64,000 nucleotides of DNA from positions 155,023,221 to 155,087,220 of the forward strand of contig NC_068981.1 in the NCBI RefSeq assembly GCF_001194135.2, given 5' to 3'. Positions 27,501 through 39,500 of this stretch are shown here, one piece after another. A program made the position numbers and the translations under genes. The notes under the pieces are model-generated. The model worked only from the letters and a program-made list of their open reading frames with translations, did not search any database and was not told the origin of the DNA. This stretch comes from Octopus bimaculoides. Its lineage: Eukaryota. The first letter of the stretch is position 1, and every line of letters begins with the position of its first letter.

Positions 27501-30500
27501 CCTTAAAAATTGGAATAATTACAATAAAATGCCATTATATATACTTACAGATATTTCTGTTTTATAAACAGTATTTAAGGTATTCATTTTTTATGAAATT
27601 TGGTCTTGTTGGTTGTAAAATAAAAACTTTTAAAGCTGCATCTTGGTTTCAACAGAACTTTTGTTAAGTTTGCAAAAAAAAAACAAAAAAACTGGAAATC
27701 AGTTGGGTAAAAATAAAATTTGTCATTTAATTTTTTTTTTTTTTTTCATATCAGCTATTTAAAATGAGATAGCTATATTTATTGTAGGTCCTTGTGAAGT
27801 TTTATGAATAAGCAGTAATAATAGAAATAAATAGCTTAATGTATTGGTGTAATAACCGTTGTTGGTTGGTAGATTTTGAAGTCTTATACTATTCTATGAT
27901 GTATGAAGATGCTATCAATCTGTTATTATTGACTTGACAAATAAATTACTCTCTTTATGAAGTGATTTCTGGAAAAAAAAAAAAAAAAACATTATTGTAT
28001 TACATGGAAGGGATTGACTTTGATAATTGGAACAGGTAATTGTCCTTTATCCAGTAATTTTTGCAAGTGTCTCTTGAAAATATTGTGTAGATTAATGCAA
28101 TACTCATACAAAGGATATGCAGTTGTACAAACCACACACACATACACAAAATAGCTGATATACAGAGCAACAGAGTTGTCTAGTTTTTCTCTATTACTGT
28201 GTGTTCCAGATGCAAAAGATCTTTTGAATGGCGAAGCATTATGAGACTCAACCAACTTGGGAAAATGAACATAAAATTTATGTCTGTGTGTTTGTATTTA
28301 ATTTACATATGAGCACAAAACCATGATGTTGTCTCATAACATACTTTTGTGTAGCAACTAGACATTTTGATTAAAATTTCCTGTTTCTGCAGGTAAATAA
28401 ATAATAGAAAGCTGTGGAACAATGAAAAATAGAAAATTATCAACAAAATAAGATGTTTAATAGTATGAGGGGAAAAGAACTGAGTATGCATGGTATCCAA
28501 TTTTATAAAATATTTTGTGCATACTTATTTTTAATAGTCCTTTCCTTATCCTTATATTTTTAAACACCTTGTTTTGTCTGTAATTTTCTGTTTTTGCCTT
28601 GTTACTTTTATGTTATTATAGTTGATTATTAGTGTGGATATGACAACCAAAAAATGAAATTTTAATTTGGCCATTGAGTTATTGATTTCATTTGATTTGT
28701 ATTTCAACTACAACTCTAACAAAATAAATTGTTGATAACAAATGAGTATGCATCTGAAATATTAAAGATAGTCCTATTATAGTTTGGGGAATGCTTCGAA
28801 CAACACCACATTGCTTTCTTACATATTCCATTTAAAATTAATATAATTACTTGAAATATTTGGTTATGGAACAAATGAAAGTAATAAGCATTCAGGTTAC
28901 AAGAAATGGAGGATTTGGCAGGGCTTTTCCATTGTGCTTAACTGAATTTCACATTTTATATTAATGTAGATTTTTGAAAACAGGATAATGCATGCAAATT
29001 CAGAGTTCTGGCAGTGTAAATAAATTCAAATACTATTATAGGTATTAACTAAAACAGGTATTAAATAGTGCTTGTTTTATTGGCTATGCATGACTAGGAT
29101 GACGTTATCAATTTTTATAATTTCAATGTTTTCATAGCCATTTTTTTAGTTATTTATTGTGACCTTTGTTTGCTATTTGTTTAAAAGGATTTGACCTTAT
29201 TTGGTATTTTCATCTCAACTAAAATAAGATTTATCTGTTGAAAATTGACAAAGAAATCTAAAAACATTAACCAAGTGAGTGGTATCACTCTCATGGTAAT
29301 GGATGTTCATTTGTTAATAAGTCTGATACTGTCGTTGTTTGACCCTTGTCCTTTTACCATGCAACTTAACTTACCATCATGGCGTTTAACCCTGAAAATT
29401 TCATTGCAAGAAACAGCTTTCTACATGAAACATTTGAAGTGTGCAGCTCTTATTCTATAACATTAAGCTGGCATTGTGCATGCTGTGGTTTCCAGACATA
29501 ATTTAATTCCCTTAATGCTATTTTAAGTCTCAAAAATTTTCCTTTAATTATTGAAATGATTTGAGCTGTTATAAGAATGTCTTAAGATTTGTTCCAGTAA
29601 TCACTTAATGATTAGAAATTCATAAAGTTATTTTGTATCAATTCTTTGTGTCTGGAATATGGTTCAATATCTGTTTAGTAAATCTATGAATGATGATTAA
29701 CTATACTATATATTATACTTTACCATTGTGTTTTCCAGAATAAAAGGAGATTGTTTTATGCTACATTATCTGTAATATCAACAGATCTGTCATATTAGAT
29801 CTATTTATATTAAAGATAAATTCTCTCTCAAAAAAAAAAAAAACCCTTTTTTTGGTGATTTGTAAAAGGATAAAGGAATGTATATTGCAGCTTAAAAGAA
29901 AAAAATCTGTAGAGTTTGAAGTGCATTCTTCTGAGATTTTTTTTTTATGTTGAGTTGATTTCTTGCCATAAAATTTAATTTTATCTTAGTCAATTTTCTT
30001 ACCTACAGAAAATCTAAGATAAAAGAAAAAAAATTGTTCAATTATTTGTATGCACTAAATGCATACATAAATATTAAATATTTAAGATGGTAAAGTTGCA
30101 ATTCTTCACTGATTGTTTGTCCTGTATTCCTGCTGTAGTGGGATGGATTTTTTATGTCCCCCACTAGAGCAGTAAAGGGCTTTAGAAGGGTTAATATATT
30201 TGTTTGTCTGTCATGCAGCAGGCACTCATAAAGTTGTTGCAGTCGTTGCCTCTCGTTCCTCCTCAACAGAATCTTACCATTGTGGCACTTGTATGCTGTG
30301 CAACCCAACTGCGTGTCTTCCTTGCTAGTTAAAGACAGCCCTGTATCTTCTCAGGTAAGTTATTTCCTGCTCTGCAGAAAACTGCAGCCCTTTTATTTCA
30401 GCATTATAGTGTACTACAAAGAAAACCAGCTGGAAAAAGAATAAAATAATGCAGTCATATTTATATATATTCTCTTCTGCAAAGATTCTTACTGTTTGAA

Positions 30501-33500
30501 AATGTTCTTCTATCACAGCAGTACAGTCACTTAGACAATTCCACTACTTTTTTTTTTTCCGCCCCTTCTTTGTATTAGCTGATATTAAATATTTTATTTT
30601 CAAATCACAAAGATGGATAGCTCTGAAAAGAAGCATTTATCACAATAATACCTTCTATTGAAATAACTGTTTTTAATTCATTTTTATCATCTTTTTTTTT
30701 CTATTTTTTTAAGTCTGAAGTTAGTTTCATCTAGTTACTTTTTAAAAGAATTAATATTGCTTTCATCTAAACGTTGACAAAAACTGAAATATTTATTGGG
30801 CTGTTACACCTGCTTTGGTGAAGTTGAATGTTGGAAGTGAGTTTTAAAAGTGAAATTGTAATTTCTCCTCCCTTATGCTTTAGATGTAGTCTATTGATAT
30901 GCTAAATTCTAACATTAATTGTATCTTTAGGAGATCAAATATAAAGATCTTTGTTTAAGTACTCTGACAGTTTATGCAAAGGACTCAGCAGGTTTTTGGA
31001 TAAACTATTATTGCAGCATTAATATCAGTCTTACTAGAAATATTCTATTGCTATTTGGAGCAATAATTTTGATTTTTCATCTTTATATATATCATACAAC
31101 TTTTCAAAATTTAAGTACAAGAAATTTCTTCTTAGACTCCTTAAATTACAAGTCATTATAAACATTTTCATTTAGGAACCAGCCTTGAAACATTTTGAAC
31201 GGTTTCTATAAACATAAATTTGTCACTAAAATACATCAGTTTTATATTTGTTACGGTTTATCATTAACTTTATTCAACAGTCTTATTTCACTTCCTCCAA
31301 ACAAACTACTGAAAATATTGTATGTTTAATCAGTTGGTCTCAAGCAGATGACATGTGTGTTTTGCTTGTATGTATGTATTTATGTGAGTGAGTGAAGTGT
31401 ATAACTGGTGGAATACATTGTTATGAGGAGTTTTTAAATTACTAACCTAATCTCAAATTGTACAAAGAAACATTAGAATTATTTCACTAAGTAAGAGTAA
31501 AATATTGTTTAAGGACCCTGCAAATGGAATGGTCAATTTATTCTGGTGTCCACCTGTTAGCTTGATAAACTTAGATTTAAATATTGATGAAATAATTCTT
31601 TGAAATAAGGTAAATATTATTTAGTTTGTTTTTCTGCAACAAAATGCAAAATAATTTGAAAATATCTTTTAATGATGCCTAGGATTTTTTTAAATATGTA
31701 AATGGTTTTCATTCTGTTTCATTTTAAATGAAGAGATGGAAAATGCATTTAAAGCTCCTAGTTATTGAATACTTGAGAAGTAATGTTTCCTATATCAGTT
31801 CTTGTGTAATCACAAATGTTATTCTTTACTGCCTCCACCAATAATTTTTACTCTGAACCCTAAAGTAAGCCACGGTGTGATCATTCAACCAGCTAGAAAT
31901 ATCCCCTATATAACATTCTACCTAAGTAATGAAAGGACACATTAGATAATGTACCCCAAGATAACTTTGATATAGTTGGCATTAGGAATAATATAACGCT
32001 ATTAAGAGGTTTTGCTCTAAATATTTGATGACTTGCTCGTCTAGAAAAATACCATTCAAAGTAATGAATCTAAGAGCCTGGCTACTTGGCTCATTTTAGG
32101 AAAATGACGTTTGAAATCCTTTCTGTAACATAATTATTTTATAGTAGAATATTATCTTTTTATTTTTTATTTTATTTCTGGCAATAGTCCAGATGAAAAG
32201 AGTTGATGTAACATATTAGTGCTTATTAGGAGAAAAATCAATTCACTTGAAGCGCGTTTTATATTTGATTTTTTTTTTTAGCTATTTTTGCATTAAGTGT
32301 TGTAAGAATTATTTGATGGCTAGGTTGTAGCCGAATAGTAACTACTCAATTACTGGTTTCGATAATTGTTAAGTTTACGAGGTTGTAATGAAATTTGATT
32401 AGTGCTTATATTTTTAAATAAATGCTTTCAGTTGTTATTTATTAATCATCTCTAATCAAGCAGACTGCTTATGGTAGTGGTTTGATAGCAACAATGGCTA
32501 AACATATTAGGTCTACTCTTTTTTAGTGATAGGGATTGCTGTGTGAATGACTTCTTTGCCTTCAGACTGAAAGAAAGGTGTGGAAGACAAAGCTTTTAGA
32601 GTTCTCATTTCATAGCATTACGACATACAAATACATAATAATGTATTGTCATTCCATTTGTTCTCTAATGCTAAACAAAGTACTTATTTATTGACTAGAT
32701 AGATTGAAGACTATTTAATTTGACCTGGTATGTGTTGTTTTTGGTCTAAGCAGGTTTTAACGATTTATAAATATTCAATCTTTAGTATCAAGGGCGATAA
32801 ATATTAGAAATACCAAGAGGAGTTTTCTCCCTAACTCATAGGATTGGGTCATCCTATAAATAATGTGGCTTTTTCAATTGCATGAAAAGTTGGAGGGGGA
32901 CAGGATAAACTACCTGCATCAACTTGCTATAAAAGCAAGTAGTAATTTTACCTTGTCCTTATTCTTAGTGTAAATTTTGAAGAGCTGTTCGATTTTAACA
33001 GTTACTTTTTTAAAGCTATAATGGAAGTGACAAAGGTGCATATTCAGCCTATTTTGCTTTATGAGTTCAATAAAGTTAACGCACCAGAAAGTGCAGGGAA
33101 TATTAATGCAGTATATGGGGATTGAACAATAAGTGTAAGCCAGTGTCAATGGTGCTTCCAGAAATTCAGAACCAGAAACTACAGCCTGGCAGATGAGCCT
33201 CGTCCTGGAAAATCTGTGGAGTTTGATGAGGATATCCTGCAAATCTTGGAACAAAATCCTATCATAACTGTTGAGGAACTAGCAGAGTAGCTTGAATTTG
33301 GTCGTTCAACCACTGATCAACATCTGTGTGTCATTGGAAGAATCAGCAAATTGGATCAGTGGGTTCCTCACAAACTTTCCGAGTCTAATCACATGGAGAG
33401 ACTGAATGTATGCTCTTCTTTGCTGTCATGTCTCACAAATGAACCTTTTTTGGACCAAATAGTGGACAGGTGACAAGTACTGAAAACAGTGGGAAAAGGA

Positions 33501-36500
33501 GGAACACCAGCACCCCAGGCTAAAATTCTTCACCCACATAAGGTGTTATCTGTTTGGTGGGATATGAAAGGTTTAGTCCACCTTGAACTTTTAAACCCAG
33601 ACCAAATGATAACAAAGGACATGTACTGTAAGCAGCTTGAGTCGGCGCTAGAAGTAAAATGACCATCTTTGGTTCCAAGATGAAAAGTGAATGCTTGGTC
33701 ACATACAGCAAGGATGACATTCCAAAGGCTGGAGCAATTTGAATGGGGAACTATGCCCCACCCACCATATTCGCCAGATATTACTTCATCTGATTATCAT
33801 TTATTCCGCAGTCTTCAAAACCATTTGGCTGGAAAAAATATGAATTCTGTAGATGAGGTCAGAACAGTACTGGGGGAGTATTTTTCGTCATGGACAAGTG
33901 AATTTTGGAAGAGCATTGTAAAAAATGAAGGAGAGTATATTTTAGAGTAAAAAAAGAATATTATCTTAATTTTGAAAAGTAAAAGAAAACCACATTATTT
34001 ATGGAGAGCCTATGTATTTTACTGTTTTTAATGTGTGCTTTGGGGAAAAGAAGACTATATATTAAGTGTGGTATGGATCTATACATCAGGAACCTAGCAC
34101 ATTAAATTTACTAGAATTTTTTTTTTTGTTTTTACTGGCCCCTGACAATAGATGGTGGGGTGTTGTCTTGTGTGTGTATGTACCTGGTATATGAAGCTGT
34201 AGAGAGCATCTGCATTTAGTGCTATGAATTGGTTTAGTGAATAGTCTCTGTGTTTGAATGTTTTGATACGCTTTAGATTTTTAAGAGAAAATATAGAAAG
34301 GCTGGTCTTATTTAAACTCCAATCTTTGGTGTGAGAGTGCAGAACTTTTAGCACTTGGAAGTGTAATCAAGTTTATGGATTTGTACAGCTTTCAGAACCA
34401 ATGTTTTGGTGCAGTCCTCTGAGATCTTCCAGATTTTAGTCACTGCTTTTTCATGTTTTTATTTGTCCATTTGATACATGGAAGCAATTTAGGACTGTTG
34501 TATTGCTTCCATTTCATCAGTGAAGTTGGTATTATAAAGTGCCTTTCTAGAAGAGGAATTTTATTTAAAAACTAAGGACAAGTATCTTTTGACTGGACCA
34601 AAATTGGTGTTTTCTAAATATTCTCAAGATTCCATCCTGCTAGTAGTTTGCAAATTGTCATAGCATTTCATTAAAATAATCCTGTAATAGTAAACGTTAC
34701 TTATAATTTGTATGTGTCACATGGATTCTGATTAGGTATTGCATTACCTTGTACATCTACATTGCGATGTGCTATAAGGCTCATAAGGAATGTGTTGTTT
34801 CTATCAAATCAATGTCTTTCTGTAGGTTTTTGACACCATTGAGACTCTTAATTACTATTGATATTTTAATGTTATTGTTTGTAAAGATGGTAGTTCTGAG
34901 TAAGATTTAAATAAACTATTATTCAAGAAAGAATTCAAAAACGATATAATCAGTGATTTACTTGCTTTAAAGATAGGTCAGCCAAACCTTTTTATTTTTC
35001 CTTTAGCATCAATGTGGCCTTTTGTTTTATTTTTTATGTAGAAAATTTTAAATTCTATAAACCCTTTTGAAGACTTGTCCATGTTAGCAGTGTTTTTGAA
35101 TCCTTTAAATTTTCATAATCAAAACCATACTCATTCTAAAATAACATTTTAATGTGTGTATGTATATGCACATATGTCTATGGGTGTGGTGTTTGTATGT
35201 AAATTGTTGTGTGTGTGTGTGTATGTGTACTTGCATGTGTACAGGTGGCCCATAAATGGCTTAATATATAATGTTATAGTAATGCAATATATATATATAT
35301 ATANNNNNNNNNNNNNNNNNNNNNNNNNNNNNNNNNNNNNNNNNNNNNNNNNNNNNNNNNNNNNNNNNNNNNNNNNNNNNNNNNNNNNNNNNNNNNNNNN
35401 NNNNNNNNNNNNNNNNNNNNNNNNNNNNNNNNNNNNNNNNNNNNNNNNNNNNNNATATATATTCATGCATTCTTGCTTTCATTGTTCTTGTTATATTAAA
35501 TTTGGATCTTGGATAGATCTTTTTCTTTTGTTATTAACATTATTTTATTGTTCTTTTGTAGGAGCTTCATTGCCGAGATGAAAATCTATGTCAAATCTAT
35601 TGGGAAGCGTAAGTATTTTAAAAGAATTAAAAATGTTTCTTTTATTAATGTTATATATTCTTATGTTTTATAGACTGACTCAAAATGTAACAACACTATA
35701 CAATTTTTTTCCAAAATGTCTAAGCAGCTAAAATCTTTAATGACCATTTGATACAAAAAGAAAACCATTCTCATGTATGATTATTTATAACTACTTCATA
35801 ACTTTCATTTGATTTTCTTTCTCTCTCTCTCATGTTAGATGTATCATCACGAGAGCATGGTTCAAATAAACAAGTGGCTTCCAAATCATGTGCTTTGTCT
35901 TTGGTACGCCAACTCTATCACATGAATGTTATTGAAGCTTACACCGGTTTGAAGAAAAAGAAAGATGCTGATAAGGTATGTTCTTAAGGAATTTTATCAC
36001 TATAGTAAAGCCTTTCCTTGAGTGCATTTTGGAATAATTATGTGGAGAGTTGTAGTTGTACCACTGGTGTGTGAACAGTACCTATATATTATGTATCACA
36101 TATTCTTTTGGTTCTTGCATCATAGAACATCTATGGGAAAAATTTCAAGATGGTGCGAGTGATTACTTATAATTGTCTCTTTCAATGTCGTTATTGCTTG
36201 CAAACCCAACATACACTGTTGTGCATTGTCACAGAGAGCCAACAGAATGCTTTAAGTCTTGATAAAATACCTTTATTTCATGTTTTTATAAAGTAATCAT
36301 TACACTCAAAACTATTTGTAAATATTTTTATCATTGGGTGTAAACAAAGCAATGCACTGTGGGATGGTGGTAAAAAAAAGGGAAGGATTTGAAATGCATG
36401 TGTAGATGTTTACTAATTCAAGTAGGGGCAGGTCAAGTGAAATTGTTTGAATTTGAATGTTGTTTGTGGAAGAAATGGGAGTCCCATGGTGTTGTACAAG

Positions 36501-39500
36501 CTCACAGTTGGAAAAAAAAAATAATGGTGGGAATGACATAGAGAATTGAATGATGGACTACAGGCTTAAGATATCTGTACTTATTTTGTCAATGAATGCT
36601 GACCAGTTTCTCATATATATATATATATATATATAACCAATTTCGATCACTGGCACCCGTGCCACAGTAAAGTGATTCTAAAATCCTCGTAGGAAAAGCA
36701 GTAATGTTGGTTTTAAGAAGGCAAAAAGCAATGAGTTCTAGTTAAGAGATGCTGGCACTTCTGAATATCAAAATAGTCCAGTGTTGTGACACAGGCTGTG
36801 TTCATTGGAGTTGTATGATGCTTGTGTATAAACAGTGATAATGCATGGTAGTGAGACATTGAAACTCTAAGCAGGGAATGTGCATAGGTTGGAGAGGAAT
36901 GAAGCGAACATGATCTGCTGGATATAGAATGTCTGTGTATGACATGAACTGATAAAAAAACTGGGTATAAAAGTAATCAGTTGTAGTGTGCAAATGAGAT
37001 GGTTACACTATTATATAGAGGTAATGTGTAATGAATTATTCACGTGGGTGAATAAGTACCAGGAGATGTGTGGGAGAGGAAGACGGGGACAGAAGTGGTA
37101 GAGGTTGATATCCGGATACTCAATCATACAAAGGTGATGGCAAAGGAATGTGACAAGTGATGGGATACCATGTTAAGGGCCTATCCAGCTCATGCAAGTA
37201 TAGTAAAAATGAACTTAAAATGTTAATTGTGTTATAATCTACTAGTTCTGTGTGTATATTGTGTGGTTGAGAATTTAATGATAATAATACAGGTATTTGA
37301 ACCAAGTGTGCTTTTACTTCATATCATTTACAGATACCACCATTTGAAGTTTCCATTAGTCCTGAATTGGAAACTAGTCTGGATGAAGCTTTGCATGCAT
37401 GGAATATCGAGCCTATTCAAGTAGTAAGTTGTTTATTTATTATTAAGTAATAAATTTACGGTGTTTTAACTTGATGCCTTTTATATAACATTTTCTCATT
37501 AACTATTTAATTTCTATCTACATTTTAAAGCCTGCTGAACTTTCCCCGGAGCCATTCTCACTAGTAACTCATACTCAACTGGATGAATTTGTTCCTGCAC
37601 CTAAACGTCCTCAGCCAGGTGTGGTTTCTTGGTGTCCACCACAACCCAACTGGAACCCTTGGACAAATTGTAACATCGATGAAGGTCCTTTGGCGCATGT
37701 GAGTAAAACATTTTATTGTGTGTGCAAGAGAGTGCCATGTGTCTCCAAAATAAAAGAATATAAGTTATGATATGAAAGGAATGGCAGAAAGCTGAATGTA
37801 GTGCGTGGAATTCTTGGACTTCTTGTTCTTGTGGAAATAACCTCTTTACTGGCATGTCTCTGTTTTTTTTTTAACTATTATATATACATAAAAGGAACTG
37901 CTTTGCCTGAGCAGGTTTTTCAACGAAGGGTTTGATCTTTATGTAATTGTAAATCCAAAAAGATGCATTTGTAAAATTGGTTGTAAAGAATTAAAATATA
38001 ACCTAAAAATGTATAATATAGTGATGCAGTATTAACTGCCTCTTGGATGTTGTTTACTGTCAAGCTAACTCTGATCAGGTGAATCCAGTTGAGATCATCC
38101 TGTCATTTTATGAGTATCTAGGACTAAGGCTTGAAAGTTATTGGTTGGTTATATAGATGAAATGGACTGCTTCCTAATTCTATGTTCAGATGCTTTCTGT
38201 ATTGACTTCACATTCCAATTTTCTATAATAGGTAATGTAAAACACTAAACTTTTTTTTCACCGATAAAAGTTTACTTATTACCATTAATATAAAAAAAAA
38301 GTATGTTGAAACAATAGATCCTTCCAAAAATTGCCTTTCTTTTCGTCAAACTGGAGTCAATAAAAGTACCTGTCAATTTTTAGGGGCAGATTTAATTAAC
38401 TCCTCCTGTCTATTCATATGACTTTGCATCAGTTAGAATTAATTATTATTATTTATTTTCTGTGATTATTATTGTTATTTAGGCCTCAATGGAACAAATC
38501 AGTCAGGATGTGTACCGGTCACTAGAAGAACAGAGAGCCAATGATAGAGATCTTCAGGCTGTAAGTCCTCATTGCTTAATTGTATATGTTACTATATTTT
38601 TATGTCTGAGACCGTCTATATCTTTATTGCTAATAATTTTGGCAATAAAGTTGTATGTTAAATAATATTTATTTTGAAAATATTAATAGTAGATACATTT
38701 TCTTTGAATTAAGTTTTAGTTCAGTTATTTTGAGCAATGATACCTTTTTTGGTTCATGTTGCCATGAATCAATTTAAGCAGAATCAAAACCAATGAACTT
38801 GTGTTAGTGTAGCATTTTAATTTTACTATCATATTTTCCATACTCTTCATATTTCCTTGTGAGAGTAATACATGTGAATATTTTTTCCATATTGTAACAG
38901 TAGTATCCAGCATGAGGAAAGAATTAGAAAATTATTATTTTAGCAGGTGTTTGTTGAATGAAGCATGGATGATCTATTCCAGTATGACTAAAATTAAATG
39001 TCAATATACCATTATGATATTTTCTTTTTTTTTTATTTTAAACATCTTTCATTGAATTTTTTCTGTTTTCAGATGCTCCATGATCGAAGCAAGTTACCTA
39101 TCAATCAATCTAGAGATCATATTGTACACGTTATCAAAACTTCCCCGGTTGTTCTCATAAGAGGAGAAACTGGATGCGGTAAAACAACACAGGTAATTGA
39201 CTTTGTTGTTTTATTTGTGAAAGAAATTAAAAAATTACTTGCAAAATGTGCGAGTAAAAGTAAATATGCAGGTTTAAGTGCTCCTATTGCTCACATGATT
39301 AAATCACAAGTCAAACTTAAAAGATAGATACTGAAAGATGAATGATAGTCTTTTTAGATATTGTGTCTTAAAAAATAAAAAAAAATAAGGTTGTGGCTGA
39401 AAGGCTTTTGAATGGGTCAGACAATGAATATTTGAAAATTTCATATGTAAATCTAAATTTTTATTACCTTAACCTTTTCGTTACTATATTTCTGACCAAA

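Noticed and set aside
28219-28265. Frame [15 protein letters not shown] resembles CE6 / human exon 7 (SFIAEMTIYIKQLGR), suggesting a duplicated mutually exclusive exon
   Set aside because: No GT donor at the required position, weak AAG acceptor, and nucleotide identity to CE6 (about 17/46 by hand) is near chance.
30042-30308. 88-aa minus-strand ORF overlapping the poison-exon candidate (possible nested gene)
   Set aside because: No recognisable homology or minus-strand exon chain; the local GC rise is better explained by plus-strand splice signals.
35149-35581. Long ORFs spanning N runs (also 56017..56610)
   Set aside because: Artefacts of translating assembly gaps.
37293-37333. Upstream acceptor aatacag extending CE8 by 41 nt
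   Set aside because: Out of frame with a poor pyrimidine tract; the downstream acceptor at 37333 restores homology.
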